From NCBI GenBank assembly GCA_964016885.1, contig OZ024743.1, forward strand, positions 298,406,001-298,470,000: a stretch of 64,000 bases of DNA. Direction: 5' to 3'. The DNA comes from Eledone cirrhosa. Lineage: Eukaryota. Each line of letters opens with the position of its first letter. Position 1 is the first letter of the stretch. A model generated the notes under the pieces. That model was not told where the DNA came from and made no database searches. It saw nothing but the letters and a program-made list of their open reading frames with translations. A program made the position numbers and the translations under genes. Of this stretch, positions 26,386 through 37,391 are shown in pieces.

Positions 26386-29300
26386 CAGTTGCATTTATCT
26401 TGCTTTATGTTCATACGAGTTATCACCAAGTCACAACCAGTGACCTCAAGAGACAACAAGGTCCGCCATGTTCAAGAAAGAACATACATACTCACACATG
26501 CATCTTTAGTGTTTAGACTTGTGATGTACTTATATTGACAGAATCTTCCTTAGTATATGGGCAGTTCCCATTAGTACTATCTTTTGTATTTCTCCTATAC
26601 GCGGGTTTCCTGGGATTTGCGATAAGTAATCATTAGACCCCTTAGGTATCATTCCCAGAGCGCCTACAACCACTGGTATTGTTTTAGTTCTCAATTTCCA
26701 CATTATTCCAATTTCTATCTCCAGGTCCTTATACTTGCTCAATTTTTCAAATGTTTTTATAGATACATTCTTGTCTATTGGAACAGACATATCAATTAGC
26801 AGGCATACCCTCTTTTTAAAGTCCTTCAATATTATATCAGGTCTATTTGCATCTATTTTTCGGTCTGTTTGGATGCTAAAGTTCCACAAGATTGAGATGT
26901 GATCTTTTTCAAGTATGGGAGGTGGTTGATGCTCCCACCAATTCTTTTGATGGGGCAGGTCAAAATGCTTACACATTATCCAATGTATGTATTGTGCAGC
27001 TCTGTCATGCCTGTTTAGGTATTCGGTTGGAGCTATAGGACTGCACATTGAAATTATATGGTCAATGGTCTCTGGTTGTTTTTTGCATACACGGCATAAT
27101 GGGCTGCATCCATTTTTTATTATGTTGGCTTGGTAATTTTTTGTTGGCAGACACTGATCTTGTGCTGATATAATCAGTCCTTCAGTCTCCGATTTCAGCC
27201 CAGAGGATGCCAACCACTGATGGGTTAAAGTTTTGTCAACATCAGGATTGTTAGCTCGCTCTGGGTATTTTCCATACAGAGGCTTTTCTTGCCATTTCTT
27301 AGCCAGTTTCTGTAGCAGTTCTTTCTTTGCAGTTACTTTTACCTGCTTTGCTTTTTCTGTGTTTTCCATTTCAGCAGTAAATGGGACTTCTGAAATTTGT
27401 AGTCCATTACTGTATCTTTGTGCATCTTTTGTAATGGAATATGATCTTTTGATGCTTTCGTGTTTCAAAACGAGTTTGATCATCCAATCATGTGATTCCC
27501 TTAGATATGTAGATAATCCAATTGTTGCAGTTTTCAACGCAATGTTTAACTGGATTAACCCACGTCCTCCTTCTTTCCTAGGGAGATATATTCTATCTAT
27601 ATCTGCCCTAGGGTGATGCATTCTGTGCATGGTTAAGAGTTTTCGAATTTTTGTATCGAGCCTACGGATCTCTGTGCTTGACCAGTTGATGACATTGTAA
27701 CTGTAGGTTACTACTGGTATGGCAAGCGTGTTTATGGCATCGATCCTATTCCTTGCATTCAATTCCGTTCTTAAGATTGCTCTTACTCTGCGGTAACATT
27801 CCTTCCTTATCCTTTCCCTCATTGTCGAGTGCTTGATTCCGTCTCCTTCACAAACACCTAGATATTTGTAAGTTTTTTTTTGATTAAGTTCTCTTATCAC
27901 GTTCCCCCGATCAAGATTAATGTCTGAACTCTTCAGCAGCTTTCCTCTGGTGAACGTTGCTTTGGCGCATTTATCTAGTCCAAACTCCATTTTAATGTCA
28001 TCACTGAACTGCTCCACAGCGGATAATAGCCCTTGCAATTGTTCATCATTTTTTGCAAATAGTTTCAAGTCATCCATGTAGAACAAGTGATTAATGGTTT
28101 TGTCATAGACTTTATATCCATGTTTTGTTTCATTGAGCATTTTACTTAATGGTATAAGTGCGATGCAGAATAAAAGCGGTGATAAAGAGTCACCCTGAAA
28201 AATTCCACAATTAATATTAACTTCTCCAGCTTCCAGTGATTTTGTTTCACTATTCAAAAGGAGTGTCGTTTTCCATGTCTTCATACTGAATGACAAAAAC
28301 CTCCTGACAACGGGGGATATTTTGAAAATCTCTAAACATTTTTCAATCCAACTGTGTGGCAAACTATCGAATGCTTTTTTATAATCTATCCAAGCAATCG
28401 ATAGATTTTTGTGTCTATTATGACAATCTTCCAGTATCATTTTCTTAACCAGAAGCTGATCCTTACAGCCATATGAGCCTCGTTTACACCCTTTCTGCTC
28501 AATGGGAAATAGGTCATTGGTTATCAGGTGGTCATATGTGTATTCAGTTAGGACTGATGTTAAAATGTTATACATTGTGGTCAAGCAAGTTATCGGTCTG
28601 TAATTTTTGGGATTGTTTGTCTCATCATTCTTCGGAAGCAGGAATGTAATGCCGTTAACTAGCCATGATGGTATCTTTTCTGGCTCCTTAACTATTTCAT
28701 TGTAAAGTTGGGCTAACAGCTCATGAGACTCTGTGAAGGCATTTATCCAAAAGTTTTGTATTTTGTCTTTTCCTGGGGATTTCCATTTGCTGGTTTTTCT
28801 TAGAGCCAAGCGCAACTGTTCAACTGTTATATTTTCCCATATTTGTTCCTCATGGTGAGTTGTATCTTTCATTTGTCTGTCTATCCATGGGGCATGTATG
28901 TTATGAACTTTTTCTTCGGCCCAGATCTTTTCCCAGAATTCTTGCACTTCCTCCTTGGGTGGTATTGATTTAGCAGTTATTGTTGACTTACCAATTTTTC
29001 TGTAGAAGTTTCTTTGGTTGTTTTTGAACATATTATTGTCCTTATAGAATCTAGATCGTTTTTCAAAGCGCCTTATACGAGCAGCTTTGGCCGACACTTT
29101 TTGTTTGATTATTTCTATCAGCATGTCTATGTCACTTGTTGATTTTATACTGTACCTTTTTTTTTCAATTTTCTAAGTTTAGTTTGTTTAACATGTTCAC
29201 CTACTTTATAGTTTGTTAAAATTTCTATGTCAGATCGGAGAAGGTTTATTTGGCGATTGAGGTTCTCTTGCCAAGTAGATTTCTTGTGGGAATTCCTTTG

Positions 29301-30305
29301 TTTTTTCATCTTCACTCCACATAAGTGAGTGGTGACTTTAGCCGATGCATAATAGAGATGATTTAAATCAGTAATGTTTAGTTTGTTTGTGATGATAATG
29401 TTTTTGAGAATTATGTTAGTCTTGTGTATTATCTTTTGGTTCTGTTTGGAGTTCTGGATCTTAGGGAGGGTGTCTCGTTGCCCCATGTCAGATTCTTTCA
29501 TTTTCATCCATTCGATCATAATTTCATCCTTCAAGTTGTCAAGTTCATTCTCATTCATTTCTTTATCATTTACGATCTCATTATTTTCATTTGGAGTTTC
29601 ATCTTGAGCATGCACTCCCTCCACTTTTTCGATCCTTTCTTTAATTTGCCAGTGATTCCGCCCCAACCCTGGGATTCGAAGTGTTACAATTTACCTCGTT
29701 TTCACTGACACATGTTTCATTTTCCCTTCGCTGACTTTGTGCTAATAGCTTGATCTGATCAATTTCTATATCAGTTAGTAACTTTTTTCTTACAATATTT
29801 TTTCGTATATTGGCTAGTTTGTTGCTGTCAATATAGCCTCTGTTTTCGGGATGTTTCTTTTTCCAGTTGATATATGTCTGTTCTGTATTCGATGTATTTG
29901 ATGGGTAGTACATTGCAGTGTAGAAAGCCTCAAGGACTTCTTTATTATCTTCCCTTGACCATTTTTCTCTCTTTTTCTTTGGATTTCTTGGTGGTGAGCA
30001 TGGAGGGCCAACAGTAGGAGTATTCCGGTTATGGGAGGTCTCCAGCTCCGAAGTGATGGGAAGGTTTGAACCATTAGCTGATTTTTCGACCCCAGTCTGG
30101 TTCCTCTCTGAGGGACGCGGCCCTTTTTTACCCGGGTGACGGCCGATCCGGTATGAGATTTTATCATTAGACATTTACTTTATTTTGTCGCGTTTTATCC
30201 TTATCCGCCAAGGGGTAATCATTTCGTGTTACCACTTCTAGAACGAGTGTCAACCAAGACTAGAGGGGTCGTTCTCCCCTAGAGACACGGCTGTTCCCCG
30301 CCGGC
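26386..30305 (-). mobile_element. R4/Dong-like RLE non-LTR retrotransposon #2, near full length, 3' end in (TAA)n
   Basis: ORF pieces 29641-30174, 29145-29666, 26530-29124; (TTA)n at 26358-26385. Confidence 0.93.
26530..29124 (-). CDS. RT + CCHC zinc knuckle + PD-(D/E)xK restriction-like endonuclease of R4/Dong #2 (864 aa uninterrupted)
   Basis: KSPG, NYRPITCL, DYKKAFDS, GIFQGDSLSP, YMDD, YKYLG, CRVC..HIISMC, RHD, NRPD..D..K..KY. Confidence 0.92.
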   Translation of the reverse strand: MLIEIIKQKVSAKAARIRRFEKRSRFYKDNNMFKNNQRNFYRKIGKSTITAKSIPPKEEVQEFWEKIWAEEKVHNIHAPWIDRQMKDTTHHEEQIWENITVEQLRLALRKTSKWKSPGKDKIQNFWINAFTESHELLAQLYNEIVKEPEKIPSWLVNGITFLLPKNDETNNPKNYRPITCLTTMYNILTSVLTEYTYDHLITNDLFPIEQKGCKRGSYGCKDQLLVKKMILEDCHNRHKNLSIAWIDYKKAFDSLPHSWIEKCLEIFKISPVVRRFLSFSMKTWKTTLLLNSETKSLEAGEVNINCGIFQGDSLSPLLFCIALIPLSKMLNETKHGYKVYDKTINHLFYMDDLKLFAKNDEQLQGLLSAVEQFSDDIKMEFGLDKCAKATFTRGKLLKSSDINLDRGNVIRELNQKKTYKYLGVCEGDGIKHSTMRERIRKECYRRVRAILRTELNARNRIDAINTLAIPVVTYSYNVINWSSTEIRRLDTKIRKLLTMHRMHHPRADIDRIYLPRKEGGRGLIQLNIALKTATIGLSTYLRESHDWMIKLVLKHESIKRSYSITKDAQRYSNGLQISEVPFTAEMENTEKAKQVKVTAKKELLQKLAKKWQEKPLYGKYPERANNPDVDKTLTHQWLASSGLKSETEGLIISAQDQCLPTKNYQANIIKNGCSPLCRVCKKQPETIDHIISMCSPIAPTEYLNRHDRAAQYIHWIMCKHFDLPHQKNWWEHQPPPILEKDHISILWNFSIQTDRKIDANRPDIILKDFKKRVCLLIDMSVPIDKNVSIKTFEKLSKYKDLEIEIGIMWKLRTKTIPVVVGALGMIPKGSNDYLSQIPGNPRIGEIQKIVLMGTAHILRKILSI

Positions 30306-30472
30306 CGCCATCCCTGTATTTCTTGGTCACGGGGTTTTCTTTTTGTTGTTTTTTTAAAATTGTTATTATCATGAGTGGTTCCTTAATGTGAGCATTGCGT
30401 GGCTTAAGAATGAAATTATTAATAATTGTCTCCACTCTAGGCACAAGGCCAGCAATCACCCAGTGCATTACA

Positions 30473-30509
<37 letters not shown>

Positions 30510-30884
30510 GTTCTTTGAGTCTCAGTCATTGATGTTAGTTAACTGGAAAGTTTGTTGAAATGAATATCAAGCCACTACCTGCAGCCTCAGATATTCAGGA
30601 CGTATCGGAGAGTTCTTGCTGTTCCCATCAAGAATGCCTTTTGAAGTGTTCCAAAAAGTGGGGCGTGGCCAATTTTCTTTAACGATCCTTGGAAACTCTT
30701 TGAGATAGTACCTATTGCGCCATCCCGGTATTTCTTGGTCACGGGGTTTTCTTTTTGTTGTTTTTTTAAAATTGTTATTATCATGAGTGGTTCCTTAATG
30801 TGAGCATTGCGTGGCTTAAGAATGAAATTATTAATAATTGTCTCCACTCTAGGCACAAGGCCAGCAATCACCCAGTGCATTACA

Positions 30885-30951
<67 letters not shown>

Positions 30952-31160
30952 GTTCTTTGAGTCTCAGTCATTGATGTTAGTTAACTGGAAAGTTTGTTGA
31001 AATGAATATCAAGCCACTACCTGCAGCCTCAGATATTCAGGACGTATCGGAGGGTTCTTGCTGTTCCCATCAAGAACGCCTTTTGAAGTGTTCCAAAAAG
31101 TTGGGCGTGGCCAATTTTCTTTAACCATCCTTGGAAACTCTTTGAGATAGTCCCTATTGC
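30306..31160. repeat. Tandem duplication (about 412-442 bp) of [Tx1-like 3' end + SINE tail + (TAA)n + R4 #3 3' end]
   Basis: 30306-30720 is near-identical to 30720-31160 apart from TAA length; ORF track shows duplicated peptides. Confidence 0.9.
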
Positions 31161-34100
31161 GCCTATGACAATCGGGACCACTTTGACTTCATGGCAGTTC
31201 CAAATCCTTTTCCCCTCCCACTTTAAGTCCTGGTATCGGTTAATTTTCTCCCTCTCCTTCTCTTGCACTCTCGTGTCGAATGGGCAGGCCACATCCACAA
31301 TCAGGCACGATCTTTTTTCTTTGTCCAAAACCACCAGGTCAGGTCTATTGTGTTCCAGTTTCTTGTCCGTCTGTATCCTAAAATCCCACAGCACCTTCAC
31401 CTGATCGTTTTCCATCACCGACTCTGGCTTATGCTCATACCACTTCTCAGAATGTGGTAAATTGTTTACTTTGCATAGGTGCCAGTGGATCACCCTGCTC
31501 ATCACATCATGTCTCCAGCCTTTATAGTGAGTCTGGGCTAGGTGTTTACATTCGGATACAATGTGAGCCACAGTCTCCTCTCTCTCTCCACAGATCCTAC
31601 ACAGTGGGCTAGCCTCCTCCTTGTAAATATGGTGTTTCAGCCACTTCGTTTTGAGGGCCTGCTCTTGCGCAGTCATTAGCATTCCTTCTGTAGCCTTTTT
31701 ACGGTCTCCTCTTTTCAACCAGTTCCAAGTCTGTGGATCTCTGAATTCAGTTTTCTCAAAGAAGGTACTATGAAGGGATTTTTCATGAAGGTTGCTCTTT
31801 CTCCTTGTTGTTATTTCCTCCTTGGACATCCCTGGTCTATTGTCCTCTTCTTCAGTACAATTCTGAGCATTGGCTCCCTTCTATCAGTCACGTATTTGTG
31901 TAGGTTGTTTTTCTCCATCTGAACACAGTCCTCTATGCTGATAAGATCTCTTTCACCTTCAGATCTCCTTAAGTAGAGTCTATCGACATCACTCCTCTTG
32001 TGGAACATGTTGTAGATAGTCAATAGTTTCCTAGTCTTCCTATCCATTTCTTTTTGTTCAGCAACATTCCATCTCAGAATTCCCGCACTGTACCTAATAA
32101 TAGACACAGCTCGGGAATTTACTGCACTTATGGCATTCCTACTGTTCAGATGTGATTTTAATACGCTCCTTACTCTCCGAATGTATTCAGATCTTATCAA
32201 TTCCTTCATTTTTTTGTTCTTGATGTCATCAGCCTCCAGAACACCTAAATATTTGTATCCTTCTTCAGTGTCAATTTCCTTTATCACCTCACCTTTTGGT
32301 ACCTGGATTCCGTTGCTTCTGCTCAATTTACTCTTCTTCATCACAAGGACTCCACACTTACTAATACCAAATTGCATACATATATCATTGCTGAAAATAC
32401 GGACAGTGTCAACAAGCACATCCAACTCCTTCTCACTCTTCCCGAAGAGCTTAAGATCGTCCATGAAGAGGAGGGGATTGATGGTAACCTCTCCCTTTCC
32501 CAACTTGTATCCTGCTCTCACTTTTCGCAGTATAATGGTCAGGGGCATCATGGCAAGGACAAACAACAGAGGGGACAGACTATCTCCCCGGAAGATACCT
32601 CTCTTGATCTTCACACCTCCCAAGGATTCTCCAGCCGATGTTAACTCTGTTTTCCAGGACTTCATACTTTTGCCCAACAACTGTCTGATGTTATCTGCCA
32701 CCTTGAAGATCTCTAGGCTTTTGGTGATCCAAGAATGAGGCACCATGTCAAATGCCTTTTTGTATTCTATCCATCCCATGGCAAGACCAGTGTGTCTCCT
32801 CTTGCAATTCCTCATTACCATCTTATCAATAAGTAACTGGTCCTTTGTACCACGGGACTTCTTTCGGCATCCTTTCTGTTTGTCCGGTAACAAGTTGTTT
32901 GTGTGGAGGTGATGGTAGATTTCCTCAGACATAATGCTTGTTAACAGTTTCCACATTACGGACAGACATGTGATAGGTCTATAGTTGGTAACATCATTAC
33001 CCTTGATTCGGTCTTTCATTACCAGAACTGTGGTACCTTTTGTCAACCACTCTGGTACCTCACCTGACATCAAGCAGTCATTGAACATGGTTGTCAGTTT
33101 CGGGTGGAGGGATGTTATATTTTTAATCCAATATCCCTGCACACTATCTGGGCCTGGTGATTTCCATTTGGTTAGTCTTTTAGCCTGCCCCTTAAGAGTT
33201 TCAACTGTGATATTCAAATCAGTTTGTTGGTGTGCCTGTTCACTAATCTCATTTTGTACTGTCTCAATCTAACTGCCTGGTCATTATGTTTAACATCCTG
33301 CTCCCATATTCCTTTCCAGAATGTCTTAGTTTGTTCCGCCTCAGGGATCAAGTCGTTGCCTCTTTCCTTCCCTTCAAGCTGTCCAAACAACATCTTCTGG
33401 TTGTTGTCAAACATGTGGTTCTGTTTATACTGACTGACTCTGCTCTCGTATTGCCTAATCTTTGCACTTTTTGCTACAATGCGTTGCTTCAGTTCCTCTA
33501 TGATAATATTTAGCTTTTTCCTCCTAGTTTTGTACTTTATTTCCAGTCTATTTTTAGTGTCTATGTTTTTTAGTGTCCCATTCAGTAGGGACTCAAGCTT
33601 TCCAATGTCATTTCTCATTTCCCTGATTTGACCATTCAGTCGTTTCTTCCACCAAGGTTCTGATCTTTCTTCTTTGTTGTTTCCTCTCGCTTTTATGCCA
33701 AGTAATTTCCTCACCGCATTTGCTGTTGCTTTGAGGATATTGTTGCACTGGTGAAGGCTCATCGCCTCAAGGTATGGGATGATTTTGTTTATCTTAGCTG
33801 TTGTTTCTTTTAACTTTTACCTGTCTACAAATCTTAGGTTCATTTCATCTACCACTAAGTTTATGATATCAACCAAATCTTGTCCTAGCCCGTCAGCATT
33901 AATTTCCTCAATGGCCGTATCTTTGTTCCAGGTATTATTTATTTCAGCATTCACATCATTGTCTGCTTCGGATGGTTCCTCCATTCTCTCAACCTCTTCA
34001 CCTTCACTTCCTACTGGCTCGTTTGCCTGGCATACTCCACTCTCCATTTCCAACCTAATCTCTCTGCTCAGTTCCTCCAGTTCCAGCTAGCTTATCCACC

Positions 34101-34545
34101 CATTAGTTCTTATTACCCGAGCCTGCCCGGTCAATTTTTGTTCATCTAATTTAAATAGACCAATCTCGTTCCAGATGTTATGCATCCGTTTCCTATAGCC
34201 TTTCTCATTGGGGTTACTCTTCCGGTAACATTGCATAACAGCTCTATTAAATTCTTTCGTCCAGTTGGTTCTGGTCCCTTTCCTTCTTCCTCTTCCTCCA
34301 ACACCAGCAGTATTTGGATGACAGCCAGGTTCCTGCTGCTGGGCCAGGGAGCACCTGCTGGATGAGAGTCTGTCATATGACATTCCAGTCTCCACTTCAC
34401 CGTTATTCGAACTGTTTAGGTTCGACATTTAAGCACTTATATCGAGGATTGGTGAATGTATGGTTACATAACTACCGGTGATTTCATCACCCCCAGTGAT
34501 TTCATCACCCCCGGTGATTTTAGTGTGGCACCATCACGCTGTAGA
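30952..34545 (-). mobile_element. R4/Dong-like RLE non-LTR retrotransposon #3, full-length but frameshifted, 3' end in (TAA)n
   Basis: ORFs 34087-34428, 33214-33762, 31811-33217 (FMDD, YKYLG), 31029-31829 (CRIC..HIVSEC, RHD, NRPD). Confidence 0.92.
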
Positions 34546-34872
34546 CGAACATAAATAAACAAACAAACAAATAGATAAAAACCTAAAAAAACAAAAACAA
34601 ACACAAGTTTCATTGTTTGAATGTCTGACTTAGTTCTTCTTTCCTGTTTTTTCTTTTTTTTCCCCTTTTTTGTTTATTTTTCTCCTTTGCGTTTTTCGTT
34701 TTACAAGGCCAGTAACATCGGTTACTAGTGTTGTTGTTGCTGCTGCTGCTAAGGGAAGTAGGGGTTGTTGTGTTCAAAACTTTTGAAACCCGTGTCCGTT
34801 GTTGTTGCGTTTGCTTCTGTCTGTGTTCTGTTCTATAATTTTTCGACTATAATTTTTTCTATAATTTTTTTC

Positions 34873-34963
34873 CCTTTCATCCCTACGTGGCCGACACCAC
34901 AAAGCACCTGCAACACACCGGGACAATTGCTGGCCCCGTGCCAAAAGCAGAAGCACTTATTAT
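34873..34963 (+). mobile_element. SINE family A 3' half with a dense T>C substitution cluster
   Basis: Aligns to the family consensus with about 12 T>C out of about 19 differences. Confidence 0.75.
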
Positions 34964-35065
34964 TATATTATAGTTTAGATTTGACATCGTTTAAACTAAA
35001 CATTTTGAGAGAGTTTAGAGATATAACAACATAATTATTTTTATTATTATTATTATTATTATTAT

Positions 35066-35154
35066 GACTTTGCCTTTCATCCTTACGGTGTCGATAAAAT
35101 AAAGTACCAGTAATTCAATGGGTAATTGCTGGCCTTGTGCCTAAAGTAGAAACA

Positions 35155-35211
<57 letters not shown>
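35066..35211 (+). mobile_element. SINE family A 3' half with expanded (TAT)n tail
   Basis: Matches family; the tail directly precedes Tx1 #1. Confidence 0.88.
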
Positions 35212-35426
35212 GGCGACCTACGTAGTAAATCGTATCATCGTGAGCTCCGCAAAGGTTTGTTATTTTCAGTTGTTTAAAATTGGCATTCATGGAAATTTTT
35301 TTATTTTTAACTGTATATAAGTGCACATACATTGTTATCTGAAAAGGACACCCAAAAAGATTGGGGCCTTGAGCCCAAAATTTAAACTTTTATAATTATC
35401 AAACAAACATTTTTCTTTGAAAAATC

Positions 35427-37391
35427 ATGGATGACTCAGAGTCACTCCTTCCTCACAAAGTAACACCTCACACCGACACCACCATTGTAAATATTACTAC
35501 GTTTGCCAACACTAAAAATATAAGCAGTAGCAATATTTTAAATTTGTCTCAGGCAGATATTCATTTCCCACCATTACCAATGACTGCAGGTGTTAAAGCC
35601 CCCCCCCCCACCACCACCGCGACAACAGAAACAAAAGAAAAAAATAAATTAACTCGTGATATCGAAATGAATTCAACTAAAATGAACTCTTCCACACCGA
35701 ACACCACTGACGCCACCACCACCACAACTGAAACTAAAATTAATAATAACAAAAATAACGATAACAACAACAGCAACAATGAAATTAAGAAAACCACCCT
35801 GAGTTTTGCCAGAGTAGCAAAACAGTGCGAAGCATTTCAGGTAACTCAGGAGGAATTAGAAGAAGCCAAAAAAATGGTAAAGAAAGATGGGTACAGGGTC
35901 AGCCTCCCCTCCCCCACCTAATAAAATGGAGCAACGGCGCCTATGCACCGTGTCTTATCGAACAATTAATATAAAATCGCGCCGAGTGGAACGGGCATCC
36001 GAGTCCCAAATCCAAAAAGCTTTGGGACATGTGTGGGCCAAAAAACCCCACATTCAGACGTGGGCAGAAATATGGAACCGTGGACGTGTTCTTTGAAACA
36101 CCACAGGAGGCTAGAGAACACTTCATGGCCCCATTAAGAAGTAACGACTTCACACTCGTCCCAAGATATTGTGGCCAGAGACTCGTAAAGATCAGGGTCA
36201 TCCACGTTCCACCGGCCATCGAAATTCCCTGGCTAATAGCTGCCGTCCTCGCCGGCATCGAAGCCAACACCAAGAAAATCCAAATAGCGAAAGAAAAGCA
36301 GGAGAACTGGTCCGGTTCTGGGATGGAGCTCCTGATCCAAGCGGACCAAAAAAGCATTGAGGAGATCCCAGAGGTAATAGACCTCACTGACGGCAGCCAC
36401 CTCACCGTAATTGTCGAGGGCAGAAGGCCTAGGTGTGTCATTTGTGGTGAAGGAACCCACCTAAGGGCTTTCTGCCCTCAGGCTAAAAGGTTGAGGCCAC
36501 CTCTCCTACCCACACCAGTGACTCAACCATCAACACCACCAGTAGCAGAGATGGTAGCAACAACTGTAGCAGCAACAACAGAAGCAACTGTAACAGCAAC
36601 AACCCCAGCAACAGTAGCAAAACCAACACCACCACCACCTAACGCGCCAGAACTAGCACCAGTGCCTACATCATCCACCACGCCACAACCAAAACCAACG
36701 CCTGTGGAAGATTTTCCACTCTCCGGTCTATCACAACTGGAGACAGATTGTGACGACGAGGAGTGGGAAACGGTATCAGGAAAAAAGAAAAAAAGAAACC
36801 CAAAAAGAAAAAATTCTCTTCCCTCCCCCTCCAAAAACAAAATACAGAGGGAAACAAATAAACTATCAAACAAAAAAGTTAGGACAGATATGCCACGATC
36901 CACACCAGCATCACCAACCCCATCACCACAAACACCAACACCATCACCATCATTAACCCCAACACCACCATCACCAACACCACAAAAGTCACCAAAAAGC
37001 GAAACAGAAACAAACCCACAACAAACGCAAATAAAAAAAAAACAACCAAAACGATACACACTACACAGCATTAAATTTGAACAACAACCAATTATTCCAC
37101 TACATCCAACACAACACCAGCATCACAGAAAAAGAATACACAACAACCCAAAAGTTCACACCACCTCCACACATACAAATCACTCGCATCACACAGAAAA
37201 CGTACACGACACTAAAACAAAAATTCCCCAAAGACATCGGAGACTTCCGACAAACACTCTCCAGGAGGATTTATAAGGACATCCTTCCGGAGGGGGCCAC
37301 AAGCAGTGAAAAGGATGGACAAACCATCCTTCCTTCTACGAGAAGTAAGGTAAGTGGTCTTTCCCATATTTTCCACTCCATTTCAACATGA
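35427..37391 (+). pseudogene. Tx1 #1 ORF1 (gag-like, CCHC), frameshifted
   Basis: ORFs 35427-35921, 36029-37276, 37077-37391. Confidence 0.75.

Noticed and set aside
34560-34870. Possible minus-strand LINE ORF1 start
   Set aside because: Only compositional similarity and no diagnostic motif
36523-37071. Antisense hydrophobic ORFs over the LINEs (also 42355-42864, 32130-32738)
   Set aside because: Shadow frames of A/C-rich coding strands
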